The notes under the pieces were generated by a model. It worked only from the letters and a program-made list of their open reading frames with translations. It ran no database searches and had not been told where the DNA came from. From an uncultured Acidobacteriota bacterium (lineage in GTDB: Bacteria; Acidobacteriota; Vicinamibacteria; Vicinamibacterales; UBA2999), in the NCBI GenBank assembly GCA_963779175.1, contig CAVZXA010000003.1, positions 257,551 to 321,550 of the forward strand: 64,000 bases of DNA, in the 5' to 3' direction. The position numbers and the translations under genes are program-made. The stretch's first letter is position 1. Each line of letters starts with the position of its first letter. Shown piece by piece: positions 43,537 through 54,005 of this stretch.

Positions 43537-44940
43537 ATGTTCATCTCGCAGAAACACCTCTCTCGGCGCACCATGCTTCGCGGCGTCGGTGCCACCGTGG
43601 CTCTGCCGTTCCTCGAGGCGATGGTGCCGGCACGTACCGCCTACGCGAAGAGCGCGGCGGCCGGGAAGGTGCGCTTTGCCGCCATCGAGATGGTGCATGG
43701 CTCGGCCGGCGCCACCGTGGTCGGCACCGCGAAGCACATGTGGTCACCGGCCGCGACCGGGCGGGCGTTCGATCTCGGCCCCACCTCCATGCGCGCGCTC
43801 GAGCCCTTCCGCGACCACCTGACCATCATCAGCAACACCGACGTCCGTAATGCCGAGGCGTTCGAACTGCCAGAAATCGGCGGCGACCACTTCCGCTCGA
43901 GCGCGGTGTTCCTCACCCAGGCCCACCCCCGCCAGACGCAGGGCTCGGACGTGCGCGCCGGCACCTCGATCGATCAGCACTACGCGCAGAAGTACGGGCA
44001 GGAGACGCCGATTCCGTCGATGCAGCTGTGCATCGAGAACGTCGACCAGGCCGGCGGCTGCTCCTACGGCTACTCCTGCGTCTACACCGACACCATCAGC
44101 TGGGCCTCGGCCGAAGAGCCGCTGCCGATGATCCGCGACCCGCGCGTGGCCTTCGATCAGCTGTTCGGCGTCGGCGCCACGGCCGAAGAGCGGGCGGTGC
44201 GGCGCAAGGAAGACAAGAGCATCCTCGACTGGGTCACCACCGAGATCGCGCGGCTGCAGAAGACGCTGGGCCCGGTCGACCGCGCCCGGCTCACCGACTA
44301 CCTCGACGACATCCGCGAGATCGAGCGGCGCATCCGCAAGGTCGAGACCCTCAACAGCAGCGGCGAGCAGCGGGCGCTGCCGGGCGCGCCGATCGGCGTG
44401 CCGGACAGCTTCGGCGAACACGTGAAGCTGATGTTCGACCTCCAGGCGGTGGCGTTTGCGAGCGACCTCACGCGGGTGTTCTCGTTCAAGATGGGCCGCG
44501 ATGCCTCCGGCCGCGTCTATCCCGAGAGCGGCGTCACGACCGGCTTCCATCCGGCCTCGCACCACCAGGGCCGCGAAGACCGGGTGACGGAGTTTGCGAA
44601 GATCAACGCCTATCACGTCAGCCTGATTCCGTATTTCCTCGACAAGCTGAAGAACACGCCCGAAGGCGACGGCACGCTGCTCGACCAGACGCTCGTGATG
44701 TACGGCTCGCCGATGGGCGATTCGAACGTGCACAACCACAAGCGGTGCCCGCTCTTCCTCGCCGGACATGCCGGCGGGCAACTGCGGGGCCAGACGCACA
44801 TCAAGGCGGCCGATGGCACGCCGATGGCCAACGCGATGCTGTCGGTGGGACAGCTGCTCGGGCTGGATCTGCCGTCGTTCGGCGACAGCACCGCGGCCAT
44901 GGACCTGAACGCCGCGGTCGAGACCACGGCGGCGAAGTAG
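43537..44940 (+). CDS. Module D: Tat-signal DUF1552 (HxxSHH) family protein (intact)
   Basis: The ATG at 43537 is preceded by ggag at 43524-43527. The twin-arginine leader is MFISQKHLSRRTMLRGVGATVALPFLEAMVP. The HxxSHH motif HPASHH is at 44548-44565. HNHKRCPLFLAGHAGG lies near the C-terminus. Confidence 0.9.
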   Translation: MFISQKHLSRRTMLRGVGATVALPFLEAMVPARTAYAKSAAAGKVRFAAIEMVHGSAGATVVGTAKHMWSPAATGRAFDLGPTSMRALEPFRDHLTIISNTDVRNAEAFELPEIGGDHFRSSAVFLTQAHPRQTQGSDVRAGTSIDQHYAQKYGQETPIPSMQLCIENVDQAGGCSYGYSCVYTDTISWASAEEPLPMIRDPRVAFDQLFGVGATAEERAVRRKEDKSILDWVTTEIARLQKTLGPVDRARLTDYLDDIREIERRIRKVETLNSSGEQRALPGAPIGVPDSFGEHVKLMFDLQAVAFASDLTRVFSFKMGRDASGRVYPESGVTTGFHPASHHQGREDRVTEFAKINAYHVSLIPYFLDKLKNTPEGDGTLLDQTLVMYGSPMGDSNVHNHKRCPLFLAGHAGGQLRGQTHIKAADGTPMANAMLSVGQLLGLDLPSFGDSTAAMDLNAAVETTAAK

Positions 44941-44950
44941 GCGACCGATC

Positions 44951-46648
44951 ATGACGATGCGACGACTGGCTGGAACCTGGGTGACCGCGGGTCTCGTGGT
45001 CGGACTCGTGTCGATGACTGGGGCCGGCGTGGAGGGCCGCCGCCGCACGATCGCCGATGCCCCCGTGGCTGATGCCGTGATGCGCGGCGACACCGCCGGC
45101 GTGCGTGCGATGCTGCGCGCCGGTGCCGACGTGAACGCGGCGCAGGGCGACGGCATGACCCCGCTGCACTGGGCGGCGATGAAGGGTCAGGCCGAGATCG
45201 CCTCGATACTGCTCTATGCCGGTGGCAGCCACGCGGCCACCACCCGCCTCGGCGGCTACACGCCGCTCCACCTGGCCGCCCGGGCCGGCAGCGCGCCGAT
45301 CGTGGACGCGCTGGTCGCCGCCGGCGCCAACGTCAAGGCCACGACCTCGTCTGGTGCGACCGCGCTGATGCTGGCGGCCGAGTCGGGCACGCTCGCCGCG
45401 GTGCGCCGCCTCGTGTCTGCCGGCGCCGACGTCAACGCGGTGGAGCAGGCCAAAGGCCAGTCGGCGCTGATGTTCGCCGCCGCCTTCGACCGCGCGGATG
45501 TCGTGGCGTTCCTGCTGGCGCAGGGGGCCGACCACCGGCGCGCCACCACGGTCGTGGATCTGGCGACGCTCACCGCCTCCACCGAACCGGCGGCGCCGCG
45601 GCGGCCGGGCACGGCTGCGGCGAACGCGCCGCAGATTGCCGGCCTGACCCGCCAGTTCCGCTACAACGAGCTCATCGGCACGCAAGGCGGTCTCACAGCG
45701 CTGCTCTTTGCCACCCGCGAAGGCTACGCGGCGTCGGCGACGGCGCTGCTGGCCGGTGGCGCCGACGTCAATCAGGTGAACCCCGGCGATGGCACGAGCC
45801 CGCTGCTCATGGCGGTCATCAACGGCCACTTCGACCTCGCCATGCAGTACCTGGCCAAGGGAGCGGACGTGTCGCGCACCGCGGCCAACGGCGCGGCGCC
45901 GCTCTACGCCACGCTCAACCATCGCTGGGCGCCGAAGTCGCAGTATCCCAATCCGAAGGGCTATCAGCAGCAGACGACGTCGTACCTGCAGATGATGCAG
46001 GCGCTCCTCGACCAGGGCGCCGACCCCAATGCGCGCATCCGGAAGAAGGTCTGGTATCAGGCGTTCAACTCCGACTTCGCCGGGGTGGACGAGATCGGCG
46101 CCACGCCGTTCTGGCGCGCCGCCTACGCCAGCGATGTCGAGGCGATGCGGCTGCTCGTGAAATACGGCGCTGATCCCCACATTCCGACGGTGAAACCGGC
46201 CGGACGCCCCTTCACCGGCGACGGCATCCGCCAGACCACGGATGTCTCGAACATCCCGCCGGTGCCGGTGGGCGGGCCGGCCGTGCCGCCGCTGCTGGCG
46301 GCGTCCGGTGTGGGCTACGGCGAGGGCTTCGCCGCCAACTCGCATCGCTACGCCGAGACCGGCTTCCTGCCTGCCATCAAGTACCTGGTCGAAGAGGTCG
46401 GGGCGGACGTGAACGCGGTGGACCACGAAGGCAACACGGCCGTGCATCTGGCTGCCTCGCGCGGCGACAACGCCTCGATCGAATACCTGGTCTCGAAGGG
46501 CGCCGTCGTCACGACCGTGAACCGCGAGGGTCAGACCACCGCGGACATGGCCAACGGCCCGGTGCAGCGCACGCAGCCCTACCCGGCGACGATTGCGCTG
46601 CTCGAGAAGCTCGGCGCGACCAACAACCACAAGTGCGTGTCGTGCTGA
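44951..46648 (+). CDS. Module D: secreted ankyrin-repeat protein (intact, 565 aa)
   Basis: The hydrophobic N-terminus is LAGTWVTAGLVVGLVSMTGAG. There are several ANK repeats in the N-terminal third, a Pro/Ala linker, and more ANK-like repeats after it. The C-terminus is ...LLEKLGATNNHKCVSC*. Confidence 0.9.
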   Translation: MTMRRLAGTWVTAGLVVGLVSMTGAGVEGRRRTIADAPVADAVMRGDTAGVRAMLRAGADVNAAQGDGMTPLHWAAMKGQAEIASILLYAGGSHAATTRLGGYTPLHLAARAGSAPIVDALVAAGANVKATTSSGATALMLAAESGTLAAVRRLVSAGADVNAVEQAKGQSALMFAAAFDRADVVAFLLAQGADHRRATTVVDLATLTASTEPAAPRRPGTAAANAPQIAGLTRQFRYNELIGTQGGLTALLFATREGYAASATALLAGGADVNQVNPGDGTSPLLMAVINGHFDLAMQYLAKGADVSRTAANGAAPLYATLNHRWAPKSQYPNPKGYQQQTTSYLQMMQALLDQGADPNARIRKKVWYQAFNSDFAGVDEIGATPFWRAAYASDVEAMRLLVKYGADPHIPTVKPAGRPFTGDGIRQTTDVSNIPPVPVGGPAVPPLLAASGVGYGEGFAANSHRYAETGFLPAIKYLVEEVGADVNAVDHEGNTAVHLAASRGDNASIEYLVSKGAVVTTVNREGQTTADMANGPVQRTQPYPATIALLEKLGATNNHKCVSC

Positions 46649-46701
46649 CGGCCTGACACGGCGCGCGCGGCGCCGGTCGCCGATGTCTCGTGGAGGGCTC
46701 G

Positions 46702-49104
46702 ATGCAGACGACCTTGCAGGATCTGAAGTTCGCCGTCCGCTCGCTCCTGCGGGCGCCCGGTTTCGCCGCCGTCACCATCCTCACGCTCGCGCTCGGCATC
46801 GGCGCCAACACCGCCGTCTTCACGATCGTCAACGCCGTGGTCCTGCGGCCGCTCCCATACCCGGATGCCGACCGGCTCGTGATGCTGTGGCAGGACCTGC
46901 GGGCTGGCGGCGGCCCGCCCGATGAGTGGGCCTCGCCCGGCAACTTCGTCGACTGGGGGACCGCCCTGCCGGCTCTCGCCCGCGTGGCCGCCATCGGCGG
47001 GTGGCGGCCGACGCTGAGTGGCGAGGCGGAACCCGAAGCACTCACCGGCGAGCAGGTGTCGCACGAGTACCTGTCGGTGCTCGGTCGCGCGCCGGTCGTC
47101 GGTCGCGACTTCGCTCCGGGCGACGACGTGCCGAATGCGCCGCGGGTGGCGCTGGTGGGCGACGGCCTGTGGAAGCGGCGCTTCGGCGGCGATCCGTCAA
47201 TCGTCGGTCGCGTGGTCGTGCTGGCGGGCGAGCCGCACGAGATTATCGGCGTGTTGCCGGCGGGCTTCCGGCCCATCGTCGCCTCCGGCGCCGAGATCTG
47301 GCGGCCGCTGCGGCTGAACCGGGCCGCCCCGGCGCGCGGCGCTGTCGTGCTGCGCACCGTCGCGCGTCTGGCGCCGGCGACCTCCGTGGCCCAGGCGCAG
47401 GAGGCGGCCACCGCGCTGGCCCGGCGCCTCGAAACCGAATATCCCGACTACAACCAGCAGACCGGGTTTCTCGTGCAGCCCCTGCGTGAGCGCGTGACGG
47501 GACAGATCCGTCCAGCGCTCCTCGCCCTCACCGGGGCGGTGGCGTTCGTGCTGCTCATCGCCTGCGCCAACATCGCCAACCTCCTGCTGGCGCGATCAGC
47601 GGTTCGTCGGCGCGAGCTGGCGACCCGCGTGGCGCTCGGCGCCGGCCGCGGCCGGATGGTGCGCCAGCTCGTGACCGAGAGCCTGGTCGTGGCGGGCGCT
47701 GGAGGCGTCGCCGGTCTCGTCCTCGGCCTCTGGGGCGTGGATGCGCTGGTGGCGATGGCCCCGGCCGATGCGCCACGGCTCGACGAGGTGCGCATCGACA
47801 CGACGGTGCTGGCGATGACGGCGCTGCTGACCGCGGTGACGGGCCTGGTCGTCGGGCTGGCACCGGCGCTGCAGCAGTCGTTCACCGATGTCGCGTCGAC
47901 GCTCAAAGATGGCGGCCGCGGCACGGTCGGCAGCAGCCGGTCGCTGCGTGGGGCGCTCGTGACGGCGGAAGTGGCGCTGGCGCTGGTGCTGCTGACCGGC
48001 GGCGTGCTGCTCGTGCAGACGTTCACCCGCCTGCAGTCGGCCGACCTCGGCTTCACGACCGAGGGCGTGCTGGTGGGCGGGCTCTTCCCGCCACGGGCCG
48101 TGTACGACACGCCGGAGAAGACCATCGCTCTGTACGACCAGGTGCTTGAGCGAGCCGCAGCCATTCCCGGCGTGCGGCGCGCGGCCCTGGCCTCGGTGCT
48201 GCCGCTCGACGACGGCGACAGCGACATGTCGTTTGCGATCGAAGGACGTCCGCCGGTGGCCCGGGCGTCCGACGCGCCGGTCACGTGGTACCGGGTCGTA
48301 AGCGCCGGCTACTTCGACGCCATCGGCATGCGGGTCGTGCGCGGCCGCGGCTTCGCCGGGCGGGACGCGGCGCCGGTGGTGGTGGTCAACGAGACCTTCG
48401 TCCGCCGTCACTTTCCGGCCGAGGAACCACTCGGAAGGCAGGTCCGCTTTGGCGGACCCGAGCGGCCGGCCTTCGAAATCGTCGGCGTCGTCGCCGACGT
48501 GCGCGGCCGCGGCGCCCGCGAAGAGGCGCGGGTCGAGACGTTCATCCCGTACTGGCAGTTGCCGGAAGGCGGCATCAGCATCGTGCTGGCCGGTGCGACG
48601 CCGGGACGCTGGAGCGGGTCACTGCGACAGGCGGTCACCGGGGTCGATCCCGGTCTGCCGGTCGTCGGCATTCGCACGATGTCGGAGATGCTCGGCGCCT
48701 CCATCAGCCAGCCGCGTTTCCTGGCCACCCTGGCCGGCGGCTTCGCCGGCCTGGCGCTGTTGCTGGCGGCGCTCGGCATCTACGGCGTGATGGCGTACGC
48801 GGTGGCGCAGCGCACCACCGAGATCGGCGTGCGCATGGCGCTCGGCGCCAGCGCCACCGAGGTGTTCCGGTTGGTCATCGGCGATGGCGTCCGGCTGGCG
48901 GCGGCCGGCGTCGTGCTCGGCGTGACCGGCGCGGTGCTGGCCGCGCGCGCACTGGCCACACAGCTCTTTGCCGTCGAGCCCACCGACCCGGTGCGCCTGG
49001 GCGGCATGGCGGTGCTGATTCTGGCCGTGGTCGTCGTGGCGTGTCTGGTGCCGGCGTGGCGGGCGATGCGGGTCGATCCGGTGGAGGCGCTCAGGGCCGA
49101 CTAG
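46702..49104 (+). CDS. ADOP-family (MacB/FtsX-like) duplicated ABC permease, intact, with no adjacent ATPase
   Basis: The product begins MQTTLQDLKFAVRSLLRAPGFAAVTILTLALGIGANTAVFTIVNAVVLRPLPYPDADRLVMLW. Two FtsX-type 4-TM blocks are present (…IACANIANLLLARSAVRRRELATRVALGAG… and …RTTEIGVRMALGASATEVFRLVIG…). The ATG is preceded by ggaggg. Confidence 0.9.
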   Translation: MQTTLQDLKFAVRSLLRAPGFAAVTILTLALGIGANTAVFTIVNAVVLRPLPYPDADRLVMLWQDLRAGGGPPDEWASPGNFVDWGTALPALARVAAIGGWRPTLSGEAEPEALTGEQVSHEYLSVLGRAPVVGRDFAPGDDVPNAPRVALVGDGLWKRRFGGDPSIVGRVVVLAGEPHEIIGVLPAGFRPIVASGAEIWRPLRLNRAAPARGAVVLRTVARLAPATSVAQAQEAATALARRLETEYPDYNQQTGFLVQPLRERVTGQIRPALLALTGAVAFVLLIACANIANLLLARSAVRRRELATRVALGAGRGRMVRQLVTESLVVAGAGGVAGLVLGLWGVDALVAMAPADAPRLDEVRIDTTVLAMTALLTAVTGLVVGLAPALQQSFTDVASTLKDGGRGTVGSSRSLRGALVTAEVALALVLLTGGVLLVQTFTRLQSADLGFTTEGVLVGGLFPPRAVYDTPEKTIALYDQVLERAAAIPGVRRAALASVLPLDDGDSDMSFAIEGRPPVARASDAPVTWYRVVSAGYFDAIGMRVVRGRGFAGRDAAPVVVVNETFVRRHFPAEEPLGRQVRFGGPERPAFEIVGVVADVRGRGAREEARVETFIPYWQLPEGGISIVLAGATPGRWSGSLRQAVTGVDPGLPVVGIRTMSEMLGASISQPRFLATLAGGFAGLALLLAALGIYGVMAYAVAQRTTEIGVRMALGASATEVFRLVIGDGVRLAAAGVVLGVTGAVLAARALATQLFAVEPTDPVRLGGMAVLILAVVVVACLVPAWRAMRVDPVEALRAD

Positions 49105-49131
49105 GCGTGGTCCCTGACCGGCCGGCGCTCG

Positions 49132-50176
49132 TCAGGGCAGCGTGAGCGTCGCGCCGGCGATCCCCTGCTCGCCGCAGAACGCGTAGAAGAGGACGGAACG
49201 GCCGGCGTCCTCGAACACGAAGGGGTCGCGCAGTTGTCGCACCGGCACGTCGATGTCGCCGGGCGCCGAGGCGGTGTTCGGCAGGTGCGCGCATTCGCCG
49301 GCGGTCTCCGGCCGCAGCACTTCGACGGGTGACGTGGCCTGCCAGCGGCGCCAGTCGGGCGTCAGGTCTATGGTCGACATGAGCACCCGTTCGGGGGCGT
49401 CGCCGATGGCGGTAAAGAACACGTGCAGGCGCGATCCGCGCTGGACGAGCGCGAGATGCCGCACCCGGTTGGCGTAGGTCCCGCTGCTGAACGCCTGCAC
49501 GCCCGGCTCGAAGGCCGCCAGCGGGGTGGCCGCGCGCGAGACCTGGCCCAGCCGCGACAGCCCGTAGAAGGCGCCCTGATAGGAGAAGACCCGAAGGTAC
49601 GACGTCTTCGTGATCGCCGGCCGCGCCGTGAAATGAAGCCCGTCGCTCGACTCGGCCGCCTGCGTGAACTGGCCGTATCCCCGCTCGCGCGCCCAGGCGC
49701 GCGCCGCGACCGGGTCGGCCGGCCAGCGCTCGCCGTTGGTCCACCAGCCGTGGAACCACAGCACGATCCGTTTCGCCGCCGGGTCGAGCAGGATCTCAGG
49801 CGACGCGATGTGCGTGTAGAAGTCGGCGCGGGTCTCGGGCGGATCGGGCTGCGGGCGATGGAAGGCGGTGTTGCGCACGTGCAGCACGCCCGGCGCATAC
49901 ACCGTCCACGGGCCGGTCACGGCGTCGGCGTAGGCGAGGCGGATGAACTCGCCCATGTGGTTCGCGAAATACATGTAGTAGCGGCCGAGCGGCCGCTCCA
50001 CCCAGTCGGGCACCCGAATCACCGTCGGGCCGTTGACGTTGCCGCCGAGCGAAGGCGCGCTGTCCACCGTGATGAGCGGGTTCTGCGCGAAGCGCGCCGC
50101 GACCGGTGGCGGCGCGGGACTGGGCGGGGCCGCGCCCGGCAGCGCCAGGCAGCAGTGCGAGCGGCAGGCGCGTCAT
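49132..50176 (-). pseudogene. Secreted protein, possibly a five-bladed beta-propeller glycoside-hydrolase-like fold (function uncertain), one frame break near 50105
   Basis: The body lies in ORF 49132-50067 (…GGNVNGPTVIRVPDWVERPLGRYYMYFANHMGEFIRLAYADAVTGPWTVY…). The signal-like N-terminus MTRLPLALLPGAAG lies in ORF 49796-50242, with the ATG at 50176. The fold assignment is by resemblance only. Confidence 0.5.
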
Positions 50177-50234
50177 CGTGGCGGACGATACCGCAGGCGC
50201 ACGGGCTGCCCCGGGTGCGGCCGTGGAGCCGCCG

Positions 50235-52149
50235 TCACGCATGGTCGAACTCGGGATTGGCGGTGACGCGGATGCCGTGGTCGCGGAAGGCGGCCAGGTA
50301 GGCGGCGACGCGGCGGCCGCACTCGGCGCGGTCGGTGTTGTCGAGCGTCAGGTTGAGCACGTCGATGTACCACGGCGCCTTGACGTCGCTTTCGACCAGC
50401 GCGGCCACCAGATCGCGCGCGATCGGCAGGGTGGTCGCCTTCGAGTCGTCGTAGACGTCGCGATTGGCGGCCGCCAGCAGCTTCGCGTATTCCTCGTCGA
50501 TGAGTCGGGCGAAGAGGGCCGGCGTCAGCGTGTCGCCGGCCCGCACGCCGGTGGCAGCGTCATCTTCGCTGAAGGGCGCCTGCTTGTGCAGCCACTCCCA
50601 CAGGATGCTGACGCGGATCTCGCCGGTGGCCATGTCCTCCATCAGGTAGAGCACGTCCTCATGGCCGAAGAAGTCCGCCGGCTTGAGGGCGGCCGCCTGC
50701 ATGCCCTGGCCGAACGCGTTCCCGTACTGGATGGCGACGCTCAGCAGATCGCGGGCGCCGCGCACGGTGCGGGGCGCCGTCTCGAGCGCCCGCAGCGCCG
50801 CGGCATCGGCGGCCGTGTAGCCGAGCGGCGGGAAGGCGCGTCCGCGCTGGTTCACCTCGCCGACGGCTTCCCATACCGGCCGCACGATGTGCACCATCTT
50901 CCAGTGCGCCACCCACTTGCCGCTGGCGCCGGCGGCACGTTCGCGCTCGGCGCCCGCGAAGGCGCGGGCCATGCCGGCGGTGACCCCGGCCGCGCCCCCC
51001 ACCGGGATGTTCGGCTCCATCCCGCCCTGCCACAGGGCTGTGCGCCCGTCGTAGTCAGGGGTGTTCACGGCCCGCCGCACCCGGTCTTCGTAGGCGCGCA
51101 TGTAGGCGTAGGTCATCGTGATGGCGTCGATGTTCGGGTTCTGGAACGCCCCGTCCCACGCCACCGCGTCCGAGACGCTGTTGATGTAGTCCCAGCGGCC
51201 GGTGTTGAAGCCCACGAAGTGCGCGCCGAGCGCGGCGCGAATCTCCATCAGCTGGTAACAGGCTTCCAGCTGCTCGACCAGCACGTAGGCCTTGATGGCG
51301 CCGGCGGCGAGACCGAGGTGGGTTTCGAGCGCGCCGAGCAGGTCGTGCCACAGCGCCGCCTCTTCCGCGGTCTGGATCTTCGGGAGGTAGAGCACGACCG
51401 GCCGTCCGAGGGCGGCCAGCAGCTGGTGCACGTTCACCACGTAGAGCACCAGGTCGACGATCGAGGCGGAGAAGCCGGTGCCGTCGATCCCAGCGCACGT
51501 GGCGGTCGTCGAGGTGCAGGCCGCGGGCGCGGAAGATCGGCACCGTGAAGTCGAGCTGGGCGCGCCAGTCGCCGATGATCGGCCGCCGGAAGAAGCCCTG
51601 TGCCCATGCGTTCATCTCGCCCGCCACCTGTCGCGCGACGTCGAGGAACACGGTCTCGCGCGAGAAGGCGAGGCGGAGATTGCGCTGGTTGTCGAGCGCC
51701 ATGGTCGATCGCTGCCCGAGCGCGTCTTCGCCGTCGAACATCCAGCCGTCGGCGCCCGAGAGCAGGGCGTAGGCGACGTTGCGCAGGCTGGTCTCGAGCG
51801 CGGCCCCGGGCCGGGCAGCCGGGCCGGTGCCCTGAATCCACTGCCGATCGAGCGCGGCGGGGATGTCGCCACCGCGGAATCGACCGGCGCGCGCGTCGGC
51901 GACGCGGATGGAGGTGCGGCCGATGACCGCGTCGTCGGGGAGGAAGCCGACGTGTTCACGTGCCGCCGCCCGCGCTGCGCGCCGGTCCAGCCGCGAGGCC
52001 ATCAGCGCGCGCCGATCGCGATCGAGCGGCGCCAGCAGTTCGAGGGCCGCCAGCGCCGGCGGGGTGAAGACGTCGGCGTAGCGCGTGGCGAGGTCCCCGC
52101 GAATCTGCAGCGGACCTGCGGCCTGGTGAATGGGCGCACGAGATGGCAT
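50235..52149 (-). pseudogene. Malate synthase, one frame break near 51480
   Basis: The C-terminal part lies in ORF 50235-51449 and carries the catalytic block YLPKIQTAEEAALW...FVGFNTGRWDYINS. The N-terminal part lies in ORF 51055-52239 (MPSRAPIHQAAGPLQIRGD...WMFDGEDALGQ...) and joins it collinearly. Confidence 0.85.
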
Positions 52150-52242
52150 GGCGCCGGAGTGTACCGCAGTCCGTCGTCCGATGCGGTCCCGGCGGCACGC
52201 GTCCGTTGACGGCGCGGGCGTGGGGGTATACAAAGACACGGT

Positions 52243-52877
52243 ATGAATTCGAGACTGCTGGCCGCTGGCGCGGCCTTCGTCGTGTCCGTGGCCGGGGCGT
52301 CCGCGCAGACCCCGGCGCCGGCGCCTGCCGACGCGCAGATCAAAGGCCTGTCACCCGATCGCGGCCGTCCGACCAAACACGACGACGAGCAGCCGCTGCT
52401 CGACTTCGACGTCTACTTCCTGGGCGCGCCGTGGACCTTCGAGTGGGACGTGCCGGAAGGGCCGCTCGGCGCGGCCGGACGGATCACCGGCACCACGACC
52501 TACAAAGCGCTCGGCGGCCGCTTCTACGAGGCGCTCACCGCGGCCGAGGGCCCCGACGGGAAGTTCACGGTGCGCGAGACCATCGGTTACCACCGCGACT
52601 ACAAGGCCGTCTCCCGGCACGTCGTGGACAGCCGCGGCTTCACCTACGACCAGATCGCGCACGTCGGCGCCGATCTGGGCGGCTTCTACAACATCCTCTT
52701 CGAGAGCGCGCCGTTCACGGCCGGCGGGCAGTACGGTGCGCATCAAACACACGATGCGCCTCGGCGCGCCGCTGGCGTATCGCGTGGCGACCACCGTCGT
52801 CGGTCGATGACGGGCCGTTCGTGAACTTCGGCAATCCCTGGTTTCGCAAGCCGGTGCCCGGCGGCGGACCGCAGTAG
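52243..52877 (+). pseudogene. Hypothetical secreted protein, one frame break near 52735
   Basis: It has the signal peptide MNSRLLAAGAAFVVSVAGASAQ. The body lies in ORF 52243-52824. The C-terminus (...VSVDDGPFVNFGNPWFRKPVPGGGPQ*) lies in the frame of ORF 52143-52877. I recognise no family with confidence. Confidence 0.5.
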
Positions 52878-52916
52878 ACGCTCGTCACGACGAGCCACGC
52901 ACGAGGCAAAAAAGAC

Positions 52917-54000
52917 ATGATGCGACGAGTGATCGGCGGGGCAGTGGCCGCGCTGGCGGTGACGCTGGCGACGGCGTCGGGGGTGACGGCGCAGGGCGAG
53001 GCGCTACCGGCTGGTGCCCAACTGGCCCACGCTGCCGACCGACATGTGGTTCGGGTTGAAGGAGGCGCCGCCGCCGCCGGCCGAACGCGAGGCCCAGGCG
53101 GCCGCGCGCCGCGCCCGCGGCCAGACGGGTGGCGGCGGAGGGCTGCCCACCAACCAGCCCGGCATCTCGGGCCTGGCCATCGATCAGCAGGACCGCATCT
53201 ACGTCTTCAACCGCGGCCCCAAGCCGGTGATGATCTTCGACACCGCCGGCAAGCTCGTGCTCGCCGGCGGCGACCTCGAATACAACGGCAAGACCATCAA
53301 CAAAGACTGGGAGCACTCCGGCGCGGTCGACTGGGAGGGGAACGTCTACATCATCGAGCGCGATGCGCACCGCATCGTCAAGGTCACGCCGAAGATGGAC
53401 AAGTTCCTGATGCAGATCGGCACCACGATGGAGAAGGGCAACGACGCCACGCACCTCGACCTGCCGTCGGGCATCGCCGTGCTGAAGAACGGCAACATCG
53501 TCGTCACCGACGGCTACGGCAACAACCGCGTCATCCTCTACGACAAGAACGGCAAGTTCATCAAGCAGGTGGGCAAGGGCGCCGGCGGCCCGGCCGACAA
53601 GGGCACGGGCCCCGGCGAGTGGATCCTGCCGCACAAGCTGGCCGTCGATGCGCAGGAAGATCTCTACATCGTCGATCGCGAGAACAAGCGCATCCAGGTG
53701 TTCGACAAGAACCTGACCTACAAGCGCGAGATCAAGCACGAGTGGAACCCGTGGGACGTCCACATCTCGCGCAAGGGCACCGAGGGCGTCGGTTACGTGG
53801 CCGACCACTACCTCGAGCGCGTCCACAAGTTCTCGCTCGCCGACGGCAAGCTGCTGGCGACCTGGGGCTCGCAGGGGACCGGGCCGGGGCAGTTCGACTG
53901 GGTGCACGGCATCGTCGTCGACTCGAAGGGCGCCGTCTACGCGGCCGACACCTACGGCCAGCGCATCCAGAAGTTCGTGCCGGCCGGCAGTTCCTTCTAG
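52917..54000 (+). pseudogene. Secreted NHL-repeat six-bladed beta-propeller protein, one frame break near 53010
   Basis: The signal MMRRVIGGAVAALAVTLATASGVTAQ lies in ORF 52917-.... The body lies in ORF 53014-54000 and has NHL-type repeats (IYVFNRG, VYIIERDAHRIVKV, IVVTDGYGNNRVILYD, LYIVDRENKRIQVFD, VYAADTYGQRIQKF). Confidence 0.8.
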
Positions 54001-54005
54001 CCGGT

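Noticed and set aside
44951-46648. Ankyrin proteins as eukaryote-targeting effectors (host-interaction island)
   Set aside because: There are no secretion-system genes and no compositional island signature, since the GC content is the same as in the flanks. The N-terminal Sec-type hydrophobic segments and the tight operon linkage to Tat/Sec-exported partners point to a periplasmic role. The CaaX-like ending is noted as speculation only.
49112-49137. A 7-bp stem (ccctgac ... gtcaggg) between the convergent ADOP permease and the beta-propeller-like gene, considered as a bidirectional terminator
   Set aside because: The stem is short, the loop is 12 nt and there is no U-tract. The right arm overlaps the stop codon of the minus-strand gene. 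This is too weak to report as a feature.
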